The notes beneath the pieces are model-generated. The model was not told the DNA's origin. It made no database searches and worked only from the letters and a program-made list of their open reading frames with translations. The position numbers were made by a program, and so were the translations under genes. Below are positions 51,390-58,889 of a DNA stretch of 64,000 nucleotides, piece after piece. Position 1 is the stretch's first letter. Every line of letters starts with the position of its first letter. Source of the stretch: Candidatus Latescibacterota bacterium (GTDB taxonomy: Bacteria > Latescibacterota > UBA2968 > UBA8231); assembly GCA_965243025.1 (NCBI GenBank), contig CBDETY010000003.1:4064001-4128000 (forward strand). The letters run 5' to 3'.

Positions 51390-51725
51390 TCACGCAACCC
51401 TGACTTTGTCGTTAACCGCTGCCTCTCCCTGCAAACCTGGCGTATGGATGACAAAGTGGTAATGGTCCTCGGAACAATACAAGAACGTGTGCACCTCTCC
51501 AGGTTCGATGATGACGCCAGATTTCTCGGCAAAGCTAAACTCCTCGCCATCGACAAGCATCGTGATGTGGCCGTGCGCAAACAAATAGATTTCGGTGGTA
51601 GACCTGTGATAATGGGGTTCGTTTATGGCGGTGTTTGCATATCCGATTGAAATGTTCAGATCTGAGTCCCAAGGTCCAACAAACCAGCCCTTTTCCATTT
51701 TATTATCCGGCTCAATGATTCTCAC
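51390..51725 (-). CDS. Cupin protein, copy 1
   Basis: HYH...TEIY and EPGEVH cupin motifs. Confidence 0.8.
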   Translation of the reverse strand: MRIIEPDNKMEKGWFVGPWDSDLNISIGYANTAINEPHYHRSTTEIYLFAHGHITMLVDGEEFSFAEKSGVIIEPGEVHTFLYCSEDHYHFVIHTPGLQGEAAVNDKVRVA

Positions 51726-51754
51726 TTGCTTTGGCCTCCAGCTCGTTGCATTTC

Positions 51755-51833
51755 GAATAACGTTTCAGTGCCCCGCATCGCGAAGCGGTTGGGCGAAGGG
51801 CCGAATGGCCCAAGCCGGGGCACCATGTTAGAG
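51755..51833. repeat. attC-like site
   Basis: GAATAACGTTTCA GTGCCCCG ... CGGGGCAC CAT GTTAGAG; TAA of adjacent gene inside the box. Confidence 0.9.
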
Positions 51834-52406
51834 GACGTGGCTTCCCTCAACGCTCGCTGGAAATCGTCTATCGGACTCGTTCGCATGAGATGCAAGCCAG
51901 GCCTTCTTTGTCAGTAAGAACTGACGTGCTGCTTCCCCCTTGAACTTGGAACTATTGTAGACAAACCCTTCAGTCTCCTGAAAGCCGTTTTTTTCGAGGA
52001 CACGGGCTGATCCAGGATTTCGCCTTAAGCAGGCGGAGCGAACGGTTTCCATTCCGAGCTCGAGGAAGGCATACCGTAGTGCCAAAGAAACGGCCTTGGT
52101 TGTAATTCCCTTTCCCCAGTAGGCCGAGGCAATGGCGTAATCGCATTGGATGCTACCGCTCTCCAAATCACTTCCCCCTAATTCAACGACTCCTATCATC
52201 TCTCCGTCGGCAACGATGGCAAAGAAGAAACCCGCTCCGTTTCGGCGGGCATCAACGGCCTGTTCCACAAACCTTGCAGCGCCATCCTCTGGATAGGGCT
52301 CGGGAATCGTAGTGGTTCGTGCTACCCGCTCATCAGAGGCGTAACGTTGGACCGCCGGTTCGTCGCCAATCCGCAGTGGCCGGATTGTAACCTTTAGTTC
52401 TGTCAT
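51828..52406 (-). CDS. GNAT N-acetyltransferase (RimJ/RimL type)
   Basis: IPEPYP, YWGKGIT, NPGSARVLEKNGF. Confidence 0.9.
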   Translation of the reverse strand: MTELKVTIRPLRIGDEPAVQRYASDERVARTTTIPEPYPEDGAARFVEQAVDARRNGAGFFFAIVADGEMIGVVELGGSDLESGSIQCDYAIASAYWGKGITTKAVSLALRYAFLELGMETVRSACLRRNPGSARVLEKNGFQETEGFVYNSSKFKGEAARQFLLTKKAWLASHANESDRRFPASVEGSHVL

Positions 52407-53143
52407 CGTCTCCTTCCCATGTCCTCTAACTGATTGCCATTCACGAAGCCGCGTAGCGGCTGTCGAGGGATCTTACACTGGGCCTCAAGGTGGCGAAGAT
52501 CGTCCTGATCCAGACTGCAATCGTTGCTGTGGACGTACGAATCCAGATCCATTAGAATCAATCGATGAAAACGAGCATCCAGTGCTCTCAATCCCCACTC
52601 TCCGGCCTCTATCTTGGTGCAGAGACGGCGTTCCGCCAAGGTAAATGCAACGCGGCAAAACATCAGCGCAGGATTCTTGAAGTGGGTCCGTATCTGCGGA
52701 ACAACGTGCCGAATGCACTGCCGCAGTAAAGGCCACGGAACGCGTTTCAGAATCCTGTTGTGAGGTGTACCGAGAAGATCCCTCCCTGATTCAAAAATAT
52801 CTTGCCTCAACAAGAGAAAATCTTTGCTACCATCAGGCTTGAGGACAATTGTATTGTTCATCTTGAGAAGGAAATCAACAGGAGTGGGGAAAACGTCGGC
52901 GTTGATATGGTCTATCGTTGCTGCTGTTATGTCGTAAGACAGAGACTGTGATTTTACGTGTTCCAGGAGATGCACCCTTTTCTCCGACGGAGTGGGACGC
53001 TTCGTGACAAGAAGAAGGTCAACATCACTCGTCTCAGGATTGCCAGACTCCCGAGCGCGTGAGCCACCCATCCAAACCGATTCCAGTTCTCCTTCGTAAA
53101 TCTCACCGAGTCCCTCCACAAAGCCATCTATTGCACTTCTCAT
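52403..53143 (-). CDS. Nucleotidyltransferase resembling aminoglycoside adenylyltransferase (DUF4111) family; C-terminus altered
   Basis: GGS....G...SDVDLL, L.FCR......LCTK.EAG.W; final codons derive from a half attC. Confidence 0.7.
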   Translation of the reverse strand: MRSAIDGFVEGLGEIYEGELESVWMGGSRARESGNPETSDVDLLLVTKRPTPSEKRVHLLEHVKSQSLSYDITAATIDHINADVFPTPVDFLLKMNNTIVLKPDGSKDFLLLRQDIFESGRDLLGTPHNRILKRVPWPLLRQCIRHVVPQIRTHFKNPALMFCRVAFTLAERRLCTKIEAGEWGLRALDARFHRLILMDLDSYVHSNDCSLDQDDLRHLEAQCKIPRQPLRGFVNGNQLEDMGRRR

Positions 53144-53257
53144 GGCAAGAATTACCGGGGAGAAATGAATCGGGCTCCTGTCCGACCTCTATCTAACATC
53201 GAGGAAGCATATCCTGGAGTGATGTCAATATGGCCAGCTTCACTTATATGCGATGAC

Positions 53258-53339
53258 ACCTAACGTTTCAGTGCCGCCGAACCGCGCAGCGGTTGGGCGA
53301 AGGGGCTCTTGTCCCGAAGCCGGGGGCACGGTGTTACAT
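53258..53339. repeat. attC-like site
   Basis: ACCTAACGTTTCA GTGCCGCCG .. ACCGCGCAGCGGT TGGGCGAAG .. CGGGGGCAC GGT GTTACAT. Confidence 0.9.
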
Positions 53340-53376
53340 GAAGTGCGCTGATACCCTGCGATATCGGATCCGATGC

Positions 53377-53958
53377 TTAACCGCTTCCTATGCCTGAAAC
53401 AACGACGCAAACAGCACTGGCAGTGTCGATATGGGTCAGATAGTAGTCTTCCGCTGCCCTCCATCTCCGAATCCATTCGTCTGTGTTTTCACCTCGCTTG
53501 ACCAGCCTATCCAAACATTCGGCCTTGGGAGTGTCGACGAAAATGGAGAAGCCATAGAAGTTCCTCAATTCCGGCCGATAAGAATAGACCCCATCGATCA
53601 GTATGATGCCCTCAGCCGGTTGGTCAATCCACTCCGCCAGCTGGTTGATCCCCCAATCATAGCGCTGGTAGCGAGTTCGATCTCCACCCGATAAAGGTTT
53701 AAGGAGTTCACTTCGCATCCTTACCCAATCAAAATACCTCATGTAACCATCTTCAGGCGTTAGAGCCCTTCTCTCAGACTCCCCCATTGGAGTATAGAAG
53801 TCATCCCCGTGAACGATTGAGATGAGATTACATGTCTCGCTTAGTTTCCTGGCGATGGTTGACTTTCCAGCTCCGCCGGGACCATCGAGTGCGACTACGA
53901 GAAGGCTATTCGAGCCCAATTCCGAGACAAGCCGCGATGAGAGAACATTAACGTCCAT
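53377..53958 (-). CDS. Uridine kinase-like P-loop protein
   Basis: VALDGPGGAGKST, HGDDFY, YQRYDW, LIDGVYS. Confidence 0.88.
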   Translation of the reverse strand: MDVNVLSSRLVSELGSNSLLVVALDGPGGAGKSTIARKLSETCNLISIVHGDDFYTPMGESERRALTPEDGYMRYFDWVRMRSELLKPLSGGDRTRYQRYDWGINQLAEWIDQPAEGIILIDGVYSYRPELRNFYGFSIFVDTPKAECLDRLVKRGENTDEWIRRWRAAEDYYLTHIDTASAVCVVVSGIGSG

Positions 53959-53998
53959 GTCGTGTCAGCGTCTATTGCAGATGTCGATCAAGCATTTC

Positions 53999-54083
53999 AT
54001 ATATCGTTCCGGGCGGGCTGCGAACCCGCGCAGCGGGTTGGTGCGAAGGCCAATGGCCGGTCCGCAGCCCGGCGTAGTATGCG
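53999..54083. repeat. attC-like site with ATC core
   Basis: ATATATCGTT..CGGGCTGCG / CGCAGCCCG perfect arms; internal CCCGCGCAGCGGG hairpin. Confidence 0.8.
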
Positions 54084-54108
54084 GCGTTTCTCACGCCCTT
54101 TTTACCCC

Positions 54109-54474
54109 TCAACGAATACTTGAGGCACAATCCAAAAAGGTCTCTGCATCCAAATCGAAACTGGGAGTATGGAGGAGGAGTAGAGTCGCGTCTTCATCGG
54201 ATGAATTCTCGTATGAAAAACTTTGACCTTGCTGGACGAGACAAAAGTCGGCGCCTTCGAGCCGATACTCCTTCCCCTCTATCGTGAAGAGGACTATTCC
54301 ATTCAAAACGTAGTAGTACTTGTCAGAGCGCTCCGACCTTGCCTTCCGATGACCTCTGCCAGGACCAACTTTTATTTTGGCAAGCGAGGAACTGATATTC
54401 ACACCTGAGGTGTAGTCGAATATCTGAAGGCCTTCGAATTCAATCGGAGCTACCGCCGAAGAGTTCACTACCAT
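54109..54474 (-). CDS. Cupin domain protein
   Basis: YYYVLNG...F.IEG..Y.L..ADF. Confidence 0.75.
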   Translation of the reverse strand: MVVNSSAVAPIEFEGLQIFDYTSGVNISSSLAKIKVGPGRGHRKARSERSDKYYYVLNGIVLFTIEGKEYRLEGADFCLVQQGQSFSYENSSDEDATLLLLHTPSFDLDAETFLDCASSIR

Positions 54475-54540
54475 TTGTGGGTCCTTGATGGCACTGGGGT
54501 TGGAATTTCAGAAGTCCTTAGAGGACGTAAATTAAATGCC

Positions 54541-54630
54541 GTATAACGTCTCACAATTCACGGAGTCGCGAATGCGACTTGCCGCAGCCCCAGCGCCGAG
54601 AGGCGCGTAGCGGGAATTGCTGTGTTATAT
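54541..54630. repeat. attC-like site
   Basis: GTATAACGTCTCA CAATTCACG ... CGGGAATTG CTGT GTTATAT. Confidence 0.88.
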
Positions 54631-54643
54631 GAAGTGGAGGACA

Positions 54644-55219
54644 TCACTTGCGTTCAGCCATTCGATCGAAGGCATTCGGACGGCTTCGGGTGTTCCAAGC
54701 ATCGACTACAGCTGCTGCGATAGCTTCGCTCGGCTGCGTCGAGTCGACCTCCAGATCGTACTCGATGAAACTGTGAACTATGTGAAAGTCCGCTCTGGCT
54801 TCTCCAGGTCCCCGGTCTCCTCTGGTGCGCTCCCTTCGCTCTAGCTCTGAGAGCGGACAGTGCACCCCGACGACGAAAACATCAAAAGCGGAAAGAAGAT
54901 CTAACAAATCTGACAACCACTCCTCGGTCTCGACTATGTGGTCAACGATGAGATTGTTGCCTGCACCGGCCAAAACCGGAAGACAACGGTGAAACCCATC
55001 GAATACCGCTGGCCGCATGGCTGGCCAATCGAGTTCACGATTGAGTATTCGGGACCATGGCAGAGCGTTGGAATCACGCAGATGGTCAAACGAAAAATGC
55101 CAAAAAGGAACTTCCAAGGTTTGCTGGAGGAGACGTGCGAGCGTCGACTTTCCTGCACTTGATGCGCCGTTTATGAGAATGATCTTGCCCTGGTCTCGAT
55201 CGTTATCCAAGTGTATCAA
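54644..55219 (-). CDS. Chloramphenicol phosphotransferase-like (CPT) kinase
   Basis: IILINGASSAGKST, GNNLIVD, VGVHCP..ELERRE..RGDR, YDLEVDS. Confidence 0.88.
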   Translation of the reverse strand: MIHLDNDRDQGKIILINGASSAGKSTLARLLQQTLEVPFWHFSFDHLRDSNALPWSRILNRELDWPAMRPAVFDGFHRCLPVLAGAGNNLIVDHIVETEEWLSDLLDLLSAFDVFVVGVHCPLSELERRERTRGDRGPGEARADFHIVHSFIEYDLEVDSTQPSEAIAAAVVDAWNTRSRPNAFDRMAERK

Positions 55220-55248
55220 GAATCCTGTTCAGCTTTTTAACTCATGTC

Positions 55249-55347
55249 ATATAACGTTACGCCGGTTTGCGAACGCCGAGTCAGTCGAGGCGTTGCCGAA
55301 GGCCAAGACGCCCGAAGGGCGGCGCAGCGCAAAACGTGCTGATATTT
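55249..55347. repeat. attC-like site with GAT right box
   Basis: ATATAACGTTACGCC GGTTTGCG ... CGCAAAAC GTGCT GATATTT. Confidence 0.85.
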
Positions 55348-55374
55348 GACGTGGGCAAGGTCTATAGATTGCTG

Positions 55375-56163
55375 TCAAAAAAGAATTTCGCCCCGCAGAT
55401 AGGTTACTGCCTGACCTCCGATCTCGACGCGATCTCCGCGGTCTTCACAATGCAAAACGCCACCACGCTCTGATACTTGCTTCGCCGTCATCCTATGTTT
55501 GTTTAGGCGAGTCGACCAATAAGGAATCAACGTGGTATGGGCTGAACCCGTCACTGGATCCTCGGGTATCCCCGATTGCGGAGCGAAAAATCGCGAAACG
55601 AAATCCACCTCATTCCCCGGGGCTGATACGATTATTCCGCGGGATTGAACTTGCTTGATGCGGGCAAAGTCAGGAGATAGGTTGCTAACTTCCCTCTCTG
55701 AATCGAGAATGGCGAGAAAATCAGCGCCACCTCGATAGAGTTCCAATGGTTCCCTGCCGAGCCCCTCGCAAAGATCACTTGGACAATTGTCTACCGCGGA
55801 AAACTGATCAGTTGGAAAGTCGAGCCAGATACGACCCTTTGACTGTCGCACGCGAAGGGGCCCAGACCGGGAATCGAATACAAGACTCTCTTGATTGTCC
55901 TGTTGTTCGAACAGGACATGGGCGGCGGCCAGGGTCGCGTGGCCACAAAGATCGACTTCAATCGTAGGCGTAAACCAACGAATGGAGATCGGGTCGGAGT
56001 TGCGGAATACGAAGGCAGTCTCGGCAAGGTTGTTCTCTGCGGCAATGTGCTGCATTGTGGTTTCTGGAAGTAAATCATCGCAAAGAACGATAGCAGCCGG
56101 ATTTCCTGAGAATGGCTGTTCGGAAAATGCATCGACTTGGTAAATTGGGAGTTGCATCACCAA
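55375..56163 (-). CDS. PhzF family epimerase/isomerase (first cassette)
   Basis: QVDAF..GNPAA, NLAETAF, EVDLCGHATLA, EDPVTGSAH. Confidence 0.93.
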   Translation of the reverse strand: MVMQLPIYQVDAFSEQPFSGNPAAIVLCDDLLPETTMQHIAAENNLAETAFVFRNSDPISIRWFTPTIEVDLCGHATLAAAHVLFEQQDNQESLVFDSRSGPLRVRQSKGRIWLDFPTDQFSAVDNCPSDLCEGLGREPLELYRGGADFLAILDSEREVSNLSPDFARIKQVQSRGIIVSAPGNEVDFVSRFFAPQSGIPEDPVTGSAHTTLIPYWSTRLNKHRMTAKQVSERGGVLHCEDRGDRVEIGGQAVTYLRGEILF

Positions 56164-56182
56164 TCCACTTCTCTTGCCCTAT

Positions 56183-56258
56183 GTCATATATCTGATTGCA
56201 TCCGAACAAATGGTTCGGATAATGATCACTGGATGGTACTTACCTGAAACGATGGTAC
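56183..56258. other. Candidate attI-like primary site
   Basis: GTCATATATC complements first cassette's far box; IR ATCCGAAC-N5-GTTCGGAT; direct repeat GATGGTAC twice. Confidence 0.55.
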
Positions 56259-56410
56259 GTGTGGGTGTGAACATTCGCAACCATTTCTTCCGTTCGCTGG
56301 GGTCGGCCTAACTCGTTGCGACTGTGACACATAGCCCGATCTCCGATCCCTGGTGCGACTGGCACGGTTTTCTCTACGGCAGGGCTGACTTCCCACTTGG
56401 AGAAACCCGA

Positions 56411-56905
56411 ATGCGGCGCTATCGGAGACACCGCGACCTGTCCGGCGACGAAGTCGCCATCCTCAACCGGTTCGAGTCCGAGCTGAAGCTGAGGGGGTAC
56501 GCGAGGAAAACGCAGAAGTCCTACATGGGTTGCGGCCGGCGATTCCTTCAGTGGAAACGGGACTTCCGCGGCGAACGGCAGAACCAGGTGCGATCAAGCG
56601 TACAGGCCGTCGACGTGGCTGTTTCCCGGTGCCCGGGAAGGACGGCATCCACCGAACGATCGGTACAGAAAGTGTTCTCCAAGGCGGTCGCCGCCGCGGG
56701 AATCCGCAAGCGGGTGACCGTGCACACCCTGAAACACAGCTTTGCGACGCACCTGCTCGAAGGCGGGACAGATCTGCGCTTCACCCAGGAACTCCTCGGC
56801 CACAGGAGCTCGAAAACGACGGAGATCTACACCCACGTGCAGCGGAAGGACCTGGTGCGGATCGAGAGTCCGCTCGACACCCTGCTGGGCTCCGCCCGGT
56901 CCTGA
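56411..56905 (+). pseudogene. Tyrosine recombinase (integron-positioned), internally deleted
   Basis: N-term [14 protein letters not shown] (SAM-like); C-term [40 protein letters not shown]; Box I absent; only 164 aa. Confidence 0.9.
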
Positions 56906-56909
56906 TCGG

Positions 56910-57788
56910 CTAACCGTCCTTCCGTTCGACGCGGACCGTGCCGTCCTCATCCACCCGCAGGTACACCTCGTCCCCCGGGGCGGAGCAGGGGCCGAACATC
57001 ACCGCCCGCTGCTCGTCGTTCATGCCGTCGACGACCTCCTCAGGCCAGTAGCGCTCGGGCCGAAAGCCCCCGCGCGAAACCCCTCTCCGGGTGGCGGTGC
57101 GGCCGGCGTACTTGAACAGGATGGAGCGCCGCTCGTGGTCGGCGTTCCACCGCAGGGTGCCGTGAGTCTGGGCCCCGTCCATGAAGAACAGCACGTCCCC
57201 CGCCCCGGCCTCCGGCTGCTCGACGACGCCCATGTCGTCGTCGCACGACCGCACTCCCGCCGGCATCGGCTCGCGCGACTTGTGACTGCCGGGAACGCAG
57301 GCGAAGCCGCCGTCCCCGGCGCTCGCGTCCGCCAGGAACCAGGAGACGGTCACCCCCTGGCAGCGGGACTCGCCGGCCTGGTGGTGGTAGCCGACGTACG
57401 GCCGGTGGGGTTCGCCGGCCCCGTGCATCACCAGACCCTCCGTTCCTTTGACGCCGCCGATGAAGTGGGGGCCGTGGTCGAACCGGAACCCGGGCCCGCA
57501 CATGGCGTTGAGCCGGGCAACGACCTGCGGGTGGGCGAGCATCTCACGGAACGGATCGCAGTGCGGCTTCTCCAGGGTCAGCAGGACCATGTCGGTCTCA
57601 ATCGCCAGCCGCTGCGAGCCGGCCAGGGCCCGCGACTGCCCGGCGGAATCCATCCCGGGATCGAGGGGGTGGTTCTGCAGGCAGAAGTCGACCGCTTCGT
57701 TGGCCCTTCGCAGCTCTTCCGGGCCGAGGACGCCCTTGACGATCAGGTACCCCGTCAGGTCCCAGAAATACCGCTCCCGATCATCCAT
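56910..57788 (-). CDS. PhyH family dioxygenase
   Basis: YFWDLTGYL, FRFDHG, GGFACVPGSHKS, HGTLRW. Confidence 0.85.
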   Translation of the reverse strand: MDDRERYFWDLTGYLIVKGVLGPEELRRANEAVDFCLQNHPLDPGMDSAGQSRALAGSQRLAIETDMVLLTLEKPHCDPFREMLAHPQVVARLNAMCGPGFRFDHGPHFIGGVKGTEGLVMHGAGEPHRPYVGYHHQAGESRCQGVTVSWFLADASAGDGGFACVPGSHKSREPMPAGVRSCDDDMGVVEQPEAGAGDVLFFMDGAQTHGTLRWNADHERRSILFKYAGRTATRRGVSRGGFRPERYWPEEVVDGMNDEQRAVMFGPCSAPGDEVYLRVDEDGTVRVERKDG

Positions 57789-57964
57789 GCCGGCCTCCTG
57801 TGCGGAAACGGACCGCCCCAGCCGGGCCTGGGAGCAGGAATCGGGGGAAGAAACCGCCCCCCGATAAGGTCACCCGGATGGAAGCGCGATCGCCACCCGC
57901 GAATGAACCTGCCCGGGAAGCGTCTCCCTGGGGCGCCGGGATTGGTGCGAGCCGGGACACGGTC

Positions 57965-58846
57965 TCACCTGTGTCCGGAGACGGAAACCGTGCGCCCGTC
58001 CGACTGGAGGACCGGCAGCTTCCCGCCGGTGTGGACGCCGGGGCCGAACAGCACCGCCTGCTGCTCGGGGGTCAGCTCCTCCGTCCACTCGCCGTAGCGC
58101 TCCCGGGGCGTGAAGAAGGGCCCGACGCTGCGCGCCGCCCCCCGCGAGGCGTACTTGTAGAGGACGGACCGCCGCTCTCCGGGGCCGCGCCAGGGCAGGG
58201 TGCCGTGGGTGGCGGTCTCGGCGAAGAAGAGCACGTCCCCCGCCCGCATCTGCGGCTGCACGACCAGCCCCATGTCGTCCTCTGCCGAGCGCACCTCCGC
58301 GGGGGTTGGCTCCCGCGACTTGTGGCTTCCCGGGACGATGGCGAAACCGCCGGCGCCGGCTTCGACGTCGGTGAGCTGCCAAGCGACGGTGACGCCGCGG
58401 CAGTAGATGCGGCCGTTCTGGTGGTGATACCAGGTCGCCGCAGCGAACGGCTCTCCGGCCCCGTGGAGGGCGTGCCCCTCGGTGCCGGGGGCGGCGGCGA
58501 TCAGGGTGGGTCCGTGGTCGAGGCGGAAGCCGCGGCCGCTGATCTCGTTCAGCCGCGACACCACCACGGGGTGGACGAGCAGCCTGCGGAACGGCTCGCG
58601 CCAGGGCGCCGGCCACCCGAGCATTCCGGTGAGCTCGCGCCGGCCGCGGTTGCCCCGGAGCGCCTGCGAGCCGCGGGCGAGGCCGCCTCCCTCGACGGAG
58701 CGCTCCGTAATCTGCCCGGCGAAGCGGTCGATGGCGGCGTTGCACCCGGCTGTCTCCTCCGCGGTCAGGACATCCCGCACCACGAGGTACCCCCGCAGGT
58801 CGAAGTAGTACTTCTCCTCGGCGGTCATCCGGCAGCGGTCGCTCAT
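57965..58846 (-). CDS. PhyH family dioxygenase (tandem paralog of 56910-57788)
   Basis: YFDLRGYL, FRLDHG, GGFAIVPGSHKS, HGTLPW. Confidence 0.85.
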   Translation of the reverse strand: MSDRCRMTAEEKYYFDLRGYLVVRDVLTAEETAGCNAAIDRFAGQITERSVEGGGLARGSQALRGNRGRRELTGMLGWPAPWREPFRRLLVHPVVVSRLNEISGRGFRLDHGPTLIAAAPGTEGHALHGAGEPFAAATWYHHQNGRIYCRGVTVAWQLTDVEAGAGGFAIVPGSHKSREPTPAEVRSAEDDMGLVVQPQMRAGDVLFFAETATHGTLPWRGPGERRSVLYKYASRGAARSVGPFFTPRERYGEWTEELTPEQQAVLFGPGVHTGGKLPVLQSDGRTVSVSGHR

Positions 58847-58889
58847 GCCGTCGCTTCCGCGGCGCCCCCCGCCATCGAGCTCAACCCGA

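Larger units (their letters stand above)
15546..56905. mobile_element. Integron-like cassette array with divergent defective tyrosine recombinase (left boundary approximate)
   Basis: About 50 co-oriented unrelated minus-strand ORFs, lower GC by eye, more than 20 full or partial attC-like palindromes, recombinase at right end pointing away. Confidence 0.85.

Noticed and set aside
36866-55347. CRISPR array or REP/terminator explanation for the repeated palindromes
   Set aside because: Repeats are divergent, gene-spaced, lack U-tracts and show cassette-end complementarity; no cas genes are present
15546-56163. Prophage or ICE as the source of the low-GC unidirectional region
   Set aside because: No structural, replication or conjugation genes recognised
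56200-56220. LexA (Cheo) box upstream of the integrase
   Set aside because: Spacing is GAAC-N5-GTTC rather than N4; no CTGT-N8-ACAG seen; kept only as an unexplained inverted repeat
56411-56905. Housekeeping xerC/xerD or an intact intI
   Set aside because: Too short, catalytic residues missing, and motifs and context fit neither
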